Origin: a virus
IMG/VR virus record: IMGVR_UViG_3300042114_000252
Direction: 5' to 3' (one strand)
Length of the DNA: 64,000 nt
Every line of letters begins with the position of its first letter. Position 1 is the stretch's first letter. The notes below the pieces were generated by a model. It searched no databases, was not told where the DNA came from, and worked only from the letters and a program-made list of their open reading frames with translations. Shown piece after piece: positions 7,255-18,828 of the stretch. A program made the translations under genes and the position numbers.

Positions 7255-7986
7255 TTAATATATCACATCATTTTTTACAAACCACAATATTCTTTCAATA
7301 GGAGGTTTATTTTTTAAATTAAATCCTTGATATAAATTATTATATATATTTACATTTTTTTTAAATAATAACATATTCATTTCATTATCTAAAAATCCTT
7401 TTACACAATATTCTATATACTTCCATTGTCTAATGTGTGTATCACCATATATATATTCAGGAAAATATTCTTTATTTTTTTCTATTTCAAACATTATTCT
7501 TTTTATTTTATCATCAATAAAAAAGCTTTTGTAATTTGTAAACAAAAATTCATATATAGAAAAACTTTTAAAACTTTCAAAAGATATTTTATAATAATAA
7601 TACACACATGGATATGATAAAACTATTAAAACTTCACCAGTTATATATATTCTTACATAAAATACTATTCCATCTTTAAAATAATTTTGTGAATAATCCG
7701 AAGAAACTATCTTATATTTAAATGAATATTCTATAAATCTTTTAGAATTATGATATAACCTTACAATTGATTCTTTATTTACAAGCATATCTATTAAAAG
7801 CTTTTTATTTAGTTCTTTTTCTAATTCTATTAAATCATAATGATTAACCAAACAATTATGTTTAAATGTATCTATATTTTCTAAAAAATGATATGAACTA
7901 TTTTGTCTAGAACTATCAAATATTAATTTTTCTTGATTTTTAAATCTTGCATAAAACTGTGTTATTGTTTTTTTGTATTTATTCAT
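7255..7986 (-). CDS. Hypothetical protein
   Basis: ORF track, 243 aa. Confidence 0.7.
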   Translation of the reverse strand: MNKYKKTITQFYARFKNQEKLIFDSSRQNSSYHFLENIDTFKHNCLVNHYDLIELEKELNKKLLIDMLVNKESIVRLYHNSKRFIEYSFKYKIVSSDYSQNYFKDGIVFYVRIYITGEVLIVLSYPCVYYYYKISFESFKSFSIYEFLFTNYKSFFIDDKIKRIMFEIEKNKEYFPEYIYGDTHIRQWKYIEYCVKGFLDNEMNMLLFKKNVNIYNNLYQGFNLKNKPPIERILWFVKNDVIY

Positions 7987-7991
7987 TTGAT

Positions 7992-8399
7992 TTATTTTGA
8001 AGTAACATATCTAAAAGTCCAATATGGAAATCCATTTGAAACATTACAACCTTGTAATATTCTTTTTAAAACAATAGTATTATCTGTAAAATATAATCTT
8101 AAAAACTTTTCTATTTGTTGAGGTTGCCGATTATCAAAATATTGACCAGTATTCCCAAATATTTTTTTTGAACATTCATTATATTTATCATAATCCCATT
8201 GATATAATCTATCACTATCTACACCACAAATATTTTCTTTTTCATTTGTATTTTTTTTACTATTTGGTTTTCCATATATTATATAACTATCATAGCTATA
8301 TGGGTGGTTTTCAGGAGTTCTTTTTATTTCATTCCCATCATCATCTAAATAACCAGATATTTTACAATTTCCATTTTGATCAAAACTTACAATTCTCAT
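7992..8399 (-). CDS. Hypothetical protein, phage-like (RTPENHPYSYD)
   Basis: ORF track, 135 aa; RBS GGAG. Confidence 0.75.
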   Translation of the reverse strand: MRIVSFDQNGNCKISGYLDDDGNEIKRTPENHPYSYDSYIIYGKPNSKKNTNEKENICGVDSDRLYQWDYDKYNECSKKIFGNTGQYFDNRQPQQIEKFLRLYFTDNTIVLKRILQGCNVSNGFPYWTFRYVTSK

Positions 8400-8514
8400 A
8401 ATTTTACTCCATTTTTTTATTTATTTTATTTTAATTTGTATAATATAAGAAATTATACATTATAAAACATTAAAAAAAGCTTAAAAATATTTAAAAAAAA
8501 GGAAACATATAATT

Positions 8515-9144
8515 ATGAAAAAAATTAAAAACATAAATACACAAGAAAAAAATTCTAACCAAAAAGAAATAGCATTAACAATGTATCAAGAAATTATAGA
8601 AAACAATAATATTTTTGTAAAAACAAAAGGATCAAAATTTTTTAAATCTTTTTCTACTACACAACAACCAAGAGCTACAGTAGTAGGTTGCTCTGATTCA
8701 AGATTTCAAATCAATATGTTAGATTCAACTCCTGAAAATGACTTATTTATAATTAGAAATATTGGAAACCAATTTAAAAACAACATTGGTTCAATTGATT
8801 ATGGATTAAACCACTTGAACACACCATTACTATTAATTGTTGGACATACTCGTTGTGGAGCTATAAAAGCAGCACTTGAAGATAAAGAACATACAGACAA
8901 AGAACTTTTATCACTAAAATTTCTTAATAAAGAAAAATTTATTGGAAATGAAATAGAACAATGGACACAAGCTGTTGAAAAGAACATTCATAAACAAATA
9001 TCATTTTGTTTAAAAAGATATAAAGAAAAGGTACTAAACGAAGAACTCACAATAATAGGAATAATTTATGATTTAGCTAATGACTTAGGAAAAGGACATG
9101 GAAAACTACACACTATTAATATTAATGGAAAAGAACAAAGATAG
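8515..9144 (+). CDS. Beta-class carbonic anhydrase
   Basis: Zinc-ligand motifs CSDSR and HTRCG, plus DLFIIRNIGN. Confidence 0.95.
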   Translation: MKKIKNINTQEKNSNQKEIALTMYQEIIENNNIFVKTKGSKFFKSFSTTQQPRATVVGCSDSRFQINMLDSTPENDLFIIRNIGNQFKNNIGSIDYGLNHLNTPLLLIVGHTRCGAIKAALEDKEHTDKELLSLKFLNKEKFIGNEIEQWTQAVEKNIHKQISFCLKRYKEKVLNEELTIIGIIYDLANDLGKGHGKLHTININGKEQR

Positions 9145-9163
9145 TCAAAAAATAAATTATAGT

Positions 9164-12100
9164 TTAAAACTTAAATTCTCCTTGAATCCCATTTTTATTT
9201 TTTGTATATTCCAAAATATTTTCTTCTTTATTTTTATTTTTTGAATATTTTTGAATATTTTTATTTATTTTTTCTATTATTTCTTGAATATTCATATTAT
9301 TTCTTTCTTCTTCAACTATTTTAAAACAACCTCTATCAAAATCAGAATATAAATGTTTATCATAAGATATTTTTGTTTCACCATTTACTATTTGTTTTGT
9401 TGGTGGATATTCATCAGGAAAAAACTTTTCTTCTTCTTTTGGATTTTTTAATTTACATAAAACCTTTTCATCTAACTTTGTATAATTCAATCCCAATCCA
9501 GCAAATTTTATATTATTATTAAAAGATTTCAATACACTTACACATTCTTCTAAACCATTTACTACATCTTCTCCAACACTTGATACCCTAATCATTGAAG
9601 GAGCATTTGTATTTTCATCAATAATATAATTTCCTGTTTCATCTTTTTTCTTTATATATATTTTTCCACCTTCATAATTGTCAAAAATTATATTATTTTT
9701 TGAATCTAAATAAGAAATAGCAGCTCCAACATTTATAGAAATAGGATATAAAATATCAAATATTTTTTCTTCTAACTCTTCTTTTTCTATATTATAATCT
9801 TCTTCTTTATTGTATTTTTCTAATAATTTTAATAATTCTTCTGGTAATTCTTTAACCAAGATTTTTGTTCTTATAAAAGAAAAATATTTTTCAGGAACAA
9901 GTGGAACATTTTTTAATAAACTGGAAGCCGCTCCATTTATTGTATAACAACAACCAGTAGATATTCCCCAAGTAGTTGTTTGATGATTCATGCTAGGTAA
10001 TACTTGAGACATTGTAAAATAACCATCTTTATCTTGTTCTATACTTTTATAAAAATAAAAAGGATACTTTTCATCTTTTTCTTTAAAAAGATTATGCTGT
10101 TTTTGACCATCTTTAAACAAATTAACATATTTTCTAATATCATATTCTCCAATTGTTTCACCATTAGTTCCACAAGCATACTTTAGCTCTTTTGGAATAA
10201 TTACTTTTGTAATTTCTTCTTCTATCATATTAGCTAAATATTTTTTATTACACACATCTAAAACATCTAACAATTCATATCCACTTTTGGTTATATTATT
10301 ATTTTTAACATTTTTTTCTAATATATTAATATGTTTTTTAATTAAATACTCTTTATTTTTTTCTAATATATTTATCATATTAGGAAACATTTTCAGAAAT
10401 CCATCTAATCCAGCCTTAACCACCAATTCTTCTTTAAAATAAGGCATTATATTATCTACAATATATCTAACATTTTTTATATTTTCTATTTTTGATCTTT
10501 CATTTTTTATATTTTCATCCAAAGTATCATTTAATTCTTCATTATATAAAGATACATTATTTAAAAAAGAACCAAACCCATCATTATGTCTTAATTCATA
10601 CAACGTTTTCTTTCTCTCTACTATAAATCTATTTTTTTTATAATAAAAATCAATCATTTCTTTTTCTAATTCAAAAAACTCTTCCAACTTTCCTTGATTA
10701 AAATCTAAATCATAAAACATATTTATATTTTCAAAAAAATAATTTTCTATCTTATAATGACTATCCATTAATTCTTTATTTTCTTTCAAGAACATATTTT
10801 CATCTAAACCACCATGTATAGCTTTAAAATATTTAGAAAAAAACACATTTTCAAAAGAAGAAAATAATCTTTTCATTTTAATCAAATTATTATCTTTATT
10901 TGCTTCAAAAAAAGGAATATCATTTAATTCATACTCACTAGTTAATTTTTTTAATAAAGATTTATCCCAAATAGATTGCAAATCTTTTTTTTCTTCTTTT
11001 ACATTATTATAACCTATATCCTTTTTTAAGAAAAAACTTATAATTTTATTTATTTCTTTTATTTCAGTTCCTTCATAATTCATAAAAGAAAAAACATCAA
11101 AAACATATTCAAAATCTTCAATAGAAATTTTAGAAACCTTAATATTAAATATTTCTTTTAATTTTTTAAATTTCTCAATATCAAAATTATCAATTGTAAT
11201 TCTTTTATTTTCTATTTTTTTTATACAAGAAAAGAAAATATCATTTTTTATATTTATATCTTTAAACCAAGATGCTATTTGTTTTTTTAATTGTAAAAAT
11301 TCTAATTGAATATTTTCCAATTCTTCTTGTAAATTATTATAGCTAACTAAATCATAATTCTTTTCTCCATCTACCAATATTTTAATAGATTCTTCTACTT
11401 TATTTCTTTTATTTAGTAATTCTTCTTCTTTTTGTTCTTTGTATTTTATAGCTATAGGATTCATTAAAAATTCATTATACATTTCTTTTAATTCTTCTTC
11501 TTTTTCAAATAAAAACCTATAATCTATATTTGTAAAATGTTTACTATAATCTAAATCTATTTTATCTTTTTCATCAACATTTATACTTTCTTTTTTTTCT
11601 TCTATTTTTTCAACAATGCTACAATTTTGGTTTTTAAGATTAAAAACAATGTCATAATTAAGACTAAAATTTAAAACATCTATATCTTTGGTTATATTTT
11701 CTATTTCTTTTAAATAACTTTCTTCTTTCATAAAAGCAAGAGCAGAAAACAAAGCTCTTAAAAAAAAATCTATTTTCTTTTTATCTTTTTTATTTTCTTC
11801 TATATAAGTATTTATATAATTCATAATTTTTTCTTTATATAATTCATACTTTCCAATTCTCTTATAACTTTTAATTATTTCAAACATTTCTTTTGGATTT
11901 ATATTATTTAAATTCAAAACTTCATTTAAATAAATTTCTACCATATTATAAGAGTCTTTATTTACACTTGTTATAGCATTACAAAAAGGGAATAAAACTT
12001 CTTTAATATCATAATTTTTTTCTTTTGCTAATTTTAATCCTAAATTAAACAAATATTCTAATGAATCTTTATTTAATTTATAAGCCCAAGATTTTACAGT

Positions 12101-15100
12101 TATTAAATAATTTAAAACTATATTTCTCTTTTTTGAATCATTAAATGAAGAAATAAATTCTTCTAAAAATTGTTTCTTTTTTATATCATTCTTTTCATTA
12201 TTTGTATCAGTTGACAAAACGGTTAATAAGAATTCTTTAAACATTGTAGCCATACCAAATAATTTATCATCTTTTAAATATTCAAAATATAATTCTTTTA
12301 ACTTTATCTTTTTATTTTCAACAATAATTTCATTATCCATATATTCTATTAAATAATTAATATTTCTAATAGAATTATAAAATAACTTTATTACATCTTC
12401 TTTATCTAAAGAATAACCATTACTTATTGTTTCATTAATTGTTTTTACAAAACCTATTTCATTATCTAAATAATTACTAACCTTTATATATTCATTATCA
12501 CTAGAATTATTATATGGATTATTAAATAAATTAGTTTCTAATTGACTTCTAAATACACCGGTTAATTTAGGATTTAAAATAGCAACATTATTTTTATAAA
12601 ATATATCTACTAAATAACTTTTTTTATATATACATTTTTTATATTTCTCTATATCTCCTTGATTTTTTGTAAAAGCAAGAGGTATTAAATCTATATAAAA
12701 ATCATGATCAAACCCTAACTTATCTAAATATTTTTCTTTAAATAATCTATACCCATTTGTTAATTTCTTTAAATCTTCCTCTATCTTATAATAATTAGAT
12801 TTATCTCCTAAAGAATTTTCACCATAAGAATAATTTTTATATATATTATCATTCATTTTCATATAACGATATTCAGTTCTATCTCTATATATTTCTATAT
12901 TTTTTTCATAACTTCTATCAAAAACTTTATATTCTTCATAATTTTCACTATTTATAGAAAAAATTCTTTCTCTATACTTTTGATTTTCTTCTTTTTCACT
13001 AGGTCTATGTGTTTTACTAATTTCTATATTGTTTTTTAAATATTCTATTGTTTTTTCTGTTAAATTATTTTCTTTCCCTAATAGATTATTAGCTACAACA
13101 ACTTCTATTAACTTTGAAATACTTTCAACATTTAAATTAAAATCAATTCCATTAAAGTGTTTTTCAAAACCTATTTCAATAGCATTTTTATTACTATCAT
13201 TATGAAATACTAAATCATGAATAGACAAAACATTCAATTTATCATCAAAATTAAACATATAATCATCACTTAATATCTCTTTATTTATACTTTTTTCTGA
13301 AATATCATTCAAATATTCTTCAAAAGAAGAATAATCTTTTAATTTTAAAGCTCTATACTTATATTCTTTTATTACACTTTCAGTTTTAAAATTGTAAGAA
13401 TAAGAACCACTTTCTCCACTTTCTAGAACCCTTTCATTATTTATTTTTATATCATCTAACAAATTATATCTTTTATCAAAAATTATATCTTTATAATTAT
13501 CTATTTTTTCATTTATTATTCTTGTTGATCCAAAATAATTTTCTTCCATATTTTTTACTATATCTTTTTCAACCTTTAATATATTTAATGTATTTATTAC
13601 TAAGTATTTAACTTCTTCTTTTTTTATAGTTTCTAAATTAATTAGAAATTTATTTATTTCTAATACCTTATCCATTTTTTGTTTAAAATCTTCTAAATTA
13701 AAATTATTATCATAATCATAATAGTTAATTAAAATAGAAGCTTTTTGTTCAACAATGTTTTCTGATTTATTTTCACTTATTTTTTTAATTAATACAGACC
13801 TTTGTTCTTTGATATTTTCTATCATTTTTTTTACACTTTCTATATCATTTATTTTATTTGCAAAAATTAAATCCAACATACTATGATATATATATTCTTT
13901 TTTTATTATATTACTATTCTTTTCTACTAATTTTATATAAAATTCTTCATCAACTTCTTTATATCTTAATAAACTATCAAAAACTATTCCTACATAACCA
14001 TCAATATATTTATTTATATATTGTTTTTCCATTTTAGTTTTAGATATATTTAATACCTTTTCTTCTATTTTTTTATAATTTTCTAATATAAAATCTTTTT
14101 CTTCCTTATTGAAAATTATATCATTATCTTTATTTGTTAAAACATCAAATATTTTTACACTTATATTATTTATATTATTTTCTTTTTCTAAATATTCATT
14201 ATTATCTTTATTTTTATATTCTTCCTCTAATGGTTTATCAAAATAAGAAATAATATTTTCTAATAATAAAGGATTTTCATTTGCTATCATTGAAAAACTT
14301 TTATTTTCTATAAGTAAGTCATCTTTATTAAGCAAAGTGTATATTATTTCTTCCTTTTTTATATCAAAATCAGTAAACAAATCATTATTATTTAATAATG
14401 ATAAAATATTATTTTTTAAAACACTTGTTTTTTCATTTTTATCACTTTTAATATATTCTTGAACAAGAGAAACTAGCCAATCTTTTTTTGTTTCTACTCT
14501 TATATTTGTTGAAACAACATTTTCATATTTTTTAAAATCTTTTAAAAAAACAATACATCCATCAATAATTTCTTTTTGATTTTTAATACTATCTTTTAAT
14601 TTTTCTATTTCTTTTTGAGATAAGTCTATATTACTATTTTGAATTTTATTTTCAAAAATAGAACTTTTTAATAAATTAATATTTATATATAAATATATTA
14701 ATTTATTTATATTACTTGATGAATCTTTATACATATCTTTTTTTAAACCAAAAATATTTAAAAAATCTATTATACCTTCATTATTTTTTATTTTTGATAC
14801 AACATTTTCAAAAAACAAATTAGCAAAACCATCACATTCATTATTTTTAAACATATATTTTTCTAAAATAAATGTATCTTTAAATTTTTCCACAAAAGCT
14901 TTTTTTTGATTATCATCTTCAAAAAGTTTTATATTATGAACTATTTTATTTAAATTACCTCTAAAATAAGTATCTATATTAATTTTCATAGAATTAGTTT
15001 CTAAAGTTTGAACATAATAACCATTTCTATTTTTCATTAATCTATTATAATTTTTTATTCCTTTTCTTTCAATATATTGATCTTTCATTTCCCTATTATC

Positions 15101-16576
15101 TTTTTCAGCATTCAATATATCAAATAACTTTTGATTTTTGCTTTCTTTTACTACACTTTCAAAAGATTCTTTATATGAATAATCTACAGGTAAATTATCT
15201 AAAAATAAACTTGTAGCATTGTTATATGTAATGTTTTTTAACAACATATTTTTTAATATTATTTTTGATATAAAATCTAATCTTTCTTTTGAAATATTTG
15301 AAATAATATTTGAAATTAAAAAACTATTTTCTACTTCATTACTATAACCACTAACATTTGTTAAAAGTTTTTTCAAAGATTCTTTTTCTGTGCTTAAAAA
15401 ACGACTTCCTAATAAACTTTTAAATAATGGAGATACTTTTTTTTCTTTATAAACATTAAAAAAAGCAATTAATTCTTCTTCATTTGCTTTTTCATATATA
15501 TATTTCAATAAATCATATTTTGTTTCTAATTTATAATCTATATTCTTTTCTTTATTTTCTCCATCATTAGAAAGATTAAAAATAACATTTACTTTTTTTA
15601 TATTTTCATAATCTTTATCATTTTGGATTTTTTGACTATCTAAGCCTTTTAAGTATTCAAACTTTATAATATTTTTTAATAAAGGATTTTTTATAAAAAA
15701 AACCTTCAAATCTTCTTCTTTTAATATATCTAATTCTATACTTTTTATAAAAACATCTTTTAACAGACTTTGCATATCATAAGCTCTATCAGATAAACCT
15801 TTATATTTTTCTTCTATATTATTAAAATCTATAATAAAACTTTGATTAAATGTATATTCTAAAATATTTAATATTTCTTTTTTATTATTTTTATTTATTT
15901 CCAAAAAGTTAATTATATTTTTTTCATTATCCTTTAAATAACTAAAAAAAGAAATTGGATTATATTTAAATCCATTTTCTTCTTTTTTGTTGTCTTTTTT
16001 AATCATTAATTTTTTAACTAATTCTTCATAATAAGGTATATTATTTAAAAAACCTTGGCTTAAATTAAAACCATTTTTATAAATATAATTTTGAATAATT
16101 AACTTTAAATCTTTTTTATTTTTCTTTATATTATTATCTATTTCTTTTTCTAAATCTTTCCCTATTATATTATTATTATTTTTTAATCTTCTTTTTAATT
16201 CATTTGCTAAAACAAAAAAGAAATAAGTTTTATTTATTCTTAATTCATTTGATATATAATCTTTTAAAATAGGTAACACACCTTCTTTTAATAATAAATA
16301 ATCAAAAGTTACACTTGATCTTCCTACTTCACCTTCTTTTGAAAATTTTTCAAAATCCTTATTAGAAAAATCTTTATATAATGAAAATAAATGATTTAAA
16401 TTTGAAACATCTATTTCTTTTACAACTTCATTAAAATTTCTAAATAGTAACTCTTCATTATTATAATTTATATTTTTATTTACTTTTTCTATAGTTTCTT
16501 TATTTATTTTTTCATCTAATAATTTTATTAAATTATTTAGAGCTTCAATTTGAAAATCAGATATCTTTACTATCAT
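9164..16576 (-). CDS. Giant (2470 aa) protein of unknown function, paralogue 1
   Basis: ORF track; colinear similarity to 18903..26411, strongest in the C-terminal ~400 aa. Confidence 0.9.
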   Translation of the reverse strand: MIVKISDFQIEALNNLIKLLDEKINKETIEKVNKNINYNNEELLFRNFNEVVKEIDVSNLNHLFSLYKDFSNKDFEKFSKEGEVGRSSVTFDYLLLKEGVLPILKDYISNELRINKTYFFFVLANELKRRLKNNNNIIGKDLEKEIDNNIKKNKKDLKLIIQNYIYKNGFNLSQGFLNNIPYYEELVKKLMIKKDNKKEENGFKYNPISFFSYLKDNEKNIINFLEINKNNKKEILNILEYTFNQSFIIDFNNIEEKYKGLSDRAYDMQSLLKDVFIKSIELDILKEEDLKVFFIKNPLLKNIIKFEYLKGLDSQKIQNDKDYENIKKVNVIFNLSNDGENKEKNIDYKLETKYDLLKYIYEKANEEELIAFFNVYKEKKVSPLFKSLLGSRFLSTEKESLKKLLTNVSGYSNEVENSFLISNIISNISKERLDFISKIILKNMLLKNITYNNATSLFLDNLPVDYSYKESFESVVKESKNQKLFDILNAEKDNREMKDQYIERKGIKNYNRLMKNRNGYYVQTLETNSMKINIDTYFRGNLNKIVHNIKLFEDDNQKKAFVEKFKDTFILEKYMFKNNECDGFANLFFENVVSKIKNNEGIIDFLNIFGLKKDMYKDSSSNINKLIYLYININLLKSSIFENKIQNSNIDLSQKEIEKLKDSIKNQKEIIDGCIVFLKDFKKYENVVSTNIRVETKKDWLVSLVQEYIKSDKNEKTSVLKNNILSLLNNNDLFTDFDIKKEEIIYTLLNKDDLLIENKSFSMIANENPLLLENIISYFDKPLEEEYKNKDNNEYLEKENNINNISVKIFDVLTNKDNDIIFNKEEKDFILENYKKIEEKVLNISKTKMEKQYINKYIDGYVGIVFDSLLRYKEVDEEFYIKLVEKNSNIIKKEYIYHSMLDLIFANKINDIESVKKMIENIKEQRSVLIKKISENKSENIVEQKASILINYYDYDNNFNLEDFKQKMDKVLEINKFLINLETIKKEEVKYLVINTLNILKVEKDIVKNMEENYFGSTRIINEKIDNYKDIIFDKRYNLLDDIKINNERVLESGESGSYSYNFKTESVIKEYKYRALKLKDYSSFEEYLNDISEKSINKEILSDDYMFNFDDKLNVLSIHDLVFHNDSNKNAIEIGFEKHFNGIDFNLNVESISKLIEVVVANNLLGKENNLTEKTIEYLKNNIEISKTHRPSEKEENQKYRERIFSINSENYEEYKVFDRSYEKNIEIYRDRTEYRYMKMNDNIYKNYSYGENSLGDKSNYYKIEEDLKKLTNGYRLFKEKYLDKLGFDHDFYIDLIPLAFTKNQGDIEKYKKCIYKKSYLVDIFYKNNVAILNPKLTGVFRSQLETNLFNNPYNNSSDNEYIKVSNYLDNEIGFVKTINETISNGYSLDKEDVIKLFYNSIRNINYLIEYMDNEIIVENKKIKLKELYFEYLKDDKLFGMATMFKEFLLTVLSTDTNNEKNDIKKKQFLEEFISSFNDSKKRNIVLNYLITVKSWAYKLNKDSLEYLFNLGLKLAKEKNYDIKEVLFPFCNAITSVNKDSYNMVEIYLNEVLNLNNINPKEMFEIIKSYKRIGKYELYKEKIMNYINTYIEENKKDKKKIDFFLRALFSALAFMKEESYLKEIENITKDIDVLNFSLNYDIVFNLKNQNCSIVEKIEEKKESINVDEKDKIDLDYSKHFTNIDYRFLFEKEEELKEMYNEFLMNPIAIKYKEQKEEELLNKRNKVEESIKILVDGEKNYDLVSYNNLQEELENIQLEFLQLKKQIASWFKDINIKNDIFFSCIKKIENKRITIDNFDIEKFKKLKEIFNIKVSKISIEDFEYVFDVFSFMNYEGTEIKEINKIISFFLKKDIGYNNVKEEKKDLQSIWDKSLLKKLTSEYELNDIPFFEANKDNNLIKMKRLFSSFENVFFSKYFKAIHGGLDENMFLKENKELMDSHYKIENYFFENINMFYDLDFNQGKLEEFFELEKEMIDFYYKKNRFIVERKKTLYELRHNDGFGSFLNNVSLYNEELNDTLDENIKNERSKIENIKNVRYIVDNIMPYFKEELVVKAGLDGFLKMFPNMINILEKNKEYLIKKHINILEKNVKNNNITKSGYELLDVLDVCNKKYLANMIEEEITKVIIPKELKYACGTNGETIGEYDIRKYVNLFKDGQKQHNLFKEKDEKYPFYFYKSIEQDKDGYFTMSQVLPSMNHQTTTWGISTGCCYTINGAASSLLKNVPLVPEKYFSFIRTKILVKELPEELLKLLEKYNKEEDYNIEKEELEEKIFDILYPISINVGAAISYLDSKNNIIFDNYEGGKIYIKKKDETGNYIIDENTNAPSMIRVSSVGEDVVNGLEECVSVLKSFNNNIKFAGLGLNYTKLDEKVLCKLKNPKEEEKFFPDEYPPTKQIVNGETKISYDKHLYSDFDRGCFKIVEEERNNMNIQEIIEKINKNIQKYSKNKNKEENILEYTKNKNGIQGEFKF

Positions 16577-16687
16577 ATTTATTTCCTTATATATTTTATA
16601 TGCATAAATATATTATAAATAAAAATTAACAAATCTAATACTATTTATTTATTTTTATTTTAAATATCAAAATTATTAAGAAAATAC

Positions 16688-16716
16688 TTGACAAGCTTTA
16701 AAAAAAATGCTATTAT
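16688..16716 (+). promoter_or_regulatory. Sigma70 promoter TTGACA-N17-TATTAT upstream of the TAXI operon
   Basis: TTGACA at 16688..16693; TATTAT at 16711..16716 preceded by TG. Confidence 0.7.
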
Positions 16717-16758
16717 TCTACAATTTCCAAAAAAAATACATAGAAAGGTAAAAAAAAT

Positions 16759-17622
16759 ATGAATGAAATAGCAAAAATTGAAGAAGAAGTAAAAAAAGAA
16801 TTTGAAAACAAAGAAAAAACATCTTTGTTATTAAAAAGAATTGGAATTGGAATTGGAGGAATATTTATTTTAGCTTTAACAGGCACGTTATTAGCTAGTG
16901 CTTTAACAGCTGGAATTGCATTAAGTGGTCTACTTGTTATTGGAACAGTAGGAATTATAGCAGGAATATTTGTAAAAAATAATTTTCCAAGATGGGTTTT
17001 ATCTATTGAAAATAGAGTAAAAGAGGATAATCATAGGGAAATGTTAAAACATTTAGAAAATTTAAAGAAAAATGTTAAATCAAATCCTATTGAACAAATG
17101 GAAAATCAATATATTGAACAAAGAAATAAACTAGAAGCTTTTAAAGAAAATATTAAAGAATTTTCTGCAGCAATAGAATCAGCAAAAAGAAATCTAGATA
17201 ATAGTAAATCAAAATACCCTGATACAGATTTTTCTAGAGAAACAATTCAAATAAACAAAATGGATGAATTTAAGAATATAAAGAAGGCAAAATACAATAA
17301 AGCAAACGAAACTTTGGAATTATTCAAAAATAAAGTAGATATAGCTAGGGAAAAATGGAATCTCCAACTATCTGCAAACAAAGCTATAGCTAAAATGAAT
17401 AATACAGACAAAGATTCTCTAATTCAAAATATCCTTACAGAAGTTGCTTTTGAAGAAGTACATGCATCTAATGATGCATTGTTTGCTTCTTTAGAGATGG
17501 AATTGAATAGTATGGAAGACTATAAAATTGAAATTACTAAAAATATAACTAATCAATCTAATGAAAAAATTATTGATGTAGATATTCAAGAAGTGGAGGT
17601 TCAAAACAATGGAAGAAAATAA
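16759..17622 (+). CDS. Membrane-anchored coiled-coil protein (2 TM then long coiled coil; PspA-like architecture)
   Basis: Hydrophobic stretch at about aa 24-70 followed by helical K/E/Q-rich sequence. Confidence 0.6.
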   Translation: MNEIAKIEEEVKKEFENKEKTSLLLKRIGIGIGGIFILALTGTLLASALTAGIALSGLLVIGTVGIIAGIFVKNNFPRWVLSIENRVKEDNHREMLKHLENLKKNVKSNPIEQMENQYIEQRNKLEAFKENIKEFSAAIESAKRNLDNSKSKYPDTDFSRETIQINKMDEFKNIKKAKYNKANETLELFKNKVDIAREKWNLQLSANKAIAKMNNTDKDSLIQNILTEVAFEEVHASNDALFASLEMELNSMEDYKIEITKNITNQSNEKIIDVDIQEVEVQNNGRK

Positions 17623-17866
17623 AGAGATATCTACATTTAGTAAAGGAAGTAAAATATTTGGAATCTTAATTATTGTTATTTCTATTATATTTATATATAT
17701 TTCATATAAAATGGAAGATAGCAAAAACACAGAAACAATTTCAAACTATGAAAATGTAGTTAATAGTGAAATAAGTACATTAGAAAGTTCAGCAACACAA
17801 GAAGAAACACAAATAGTTGGAGTACAAAATAGTACACCTATAAAAGACGACAAATTTAATTTTTAG
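17609..17866 (+). CDS. Small single-TM protein
   Basis: ORF track, 85 aa; overlaps the end of the previous gene. Confidence 0.7.
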   Translation: MEENKEISTFSKGSKIFGILIIVISIIFIYISYKMEDSKNTETISNYENVVNSEISTLESSATQEETQIVGVQNSTPIKDDKFNF

Positions 17867-17886
17867 AAAAAAGGAAACATACAATT

Positions 17887-18813
17887 ATGAAAAAAACAAT
17901 ATTAATGAGCATTATTTTAGGACTATTAACAATAGGAAATTGTTATGCAGCAGATGAATTAAGGGTTGCAACTGGGCAAAAAGGAAAAGGGTATTCTAAA
18001 ATATTTGAAGAACTAAATGAAGTTTGTGGGAATGAAGTTACACTTGAAGAAATTGAATCAAAAGGTTCTTTAGACAATGTAGATAAATTGGTTACAAATG
18101 AAGCAGATGTTGGTTTTATTCAATTAGATACAATGTATCAAATGATGAATAGTGATGATCAAGTAAGAAAACTTAGAACAGTTGCTTCTATGCATACAAA
18201 CTTATTACATATATTAACTTTAACAAATGGAACCCCAATAAAACAATTAGTTAATAACAATAAAGAAGTTTATGAAATCTGGAAAGATAATAAAAAAGAA
18301 GTTATTAAAAATCTTAAAATTACAAAATTTTCTCAATTAAGAGGAATGAAAGTAGGACTTGTAGGAACATCACAAATTATAGTTAGAAAATTGAATGGAA
18401 TGATGAACTATGGATTACAAACTATTGATTATGAAAAAGATGATGATGCAATAGCAGCACTAAAAGAAGGAAAAATTATGGCAGTATTCACAGTAGCTGC
18501 TTTTCCACATGGAATAATTAATAAACTTACAACAACCAATGGAATGTCATTAATTCCATATGATTTAATTCCACCACAACCTTACGAATTATCTAAAAAA
18601 AGTTATAGTAAATTAGGAGCTTATGGAATTGGATTTTTAAGTTCAAGAAACATGCTAATGAGTAGAAATTTTAGTGGAAATAAAGCAAAAGTTGTTCAAA
18701 AATTAAAACAATGTATTTCTAAAAACTTAAATAACTTCAAAGACAATTATAGTCCAGCTTGGAGTGAAATAGATAGTTTAAACAACTATTATAACTTACC
18801 TCAAGCAAAATAA
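17887..18813 (+). CDS. TAXI-family (TRAP-associated) solute-binding protein with signal peptide
   Basis: Signal peptide; RVATGQKGKGY; GSLDNVDKL...ADVGFIQLD. Confidence 0.8.
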   Translation: MKKTILMSIILGLLTIGNCYAADELRVATGQKGKGYSKIFEELNEVCGNEVTLEEIESKGSLDNVDKLVTNEADVGFIQLDTMYQMMNSDDQVRKLRTVASMHTNLLHILTLTNGTPIKQLVNNNKEVYEIWKDNKKEVIKNLKITKFSQLRGMKVGLVGTSQIIVRKLNGMMNYGLQTIDYEKDDDAIAALKEGKIMAVFTVAAFPHGIINKLTTTNGMSLIPYDLIPPQPYELSKKSYSKLGAYGIGFLSSRNMLMSRNFSGNKAKVVQKLKQCISKNLNNFKDNYSPAWSEIDSLNNYYNLPQAK

Positions 18814-18828
18814 TCAAAAAATCTAGAA

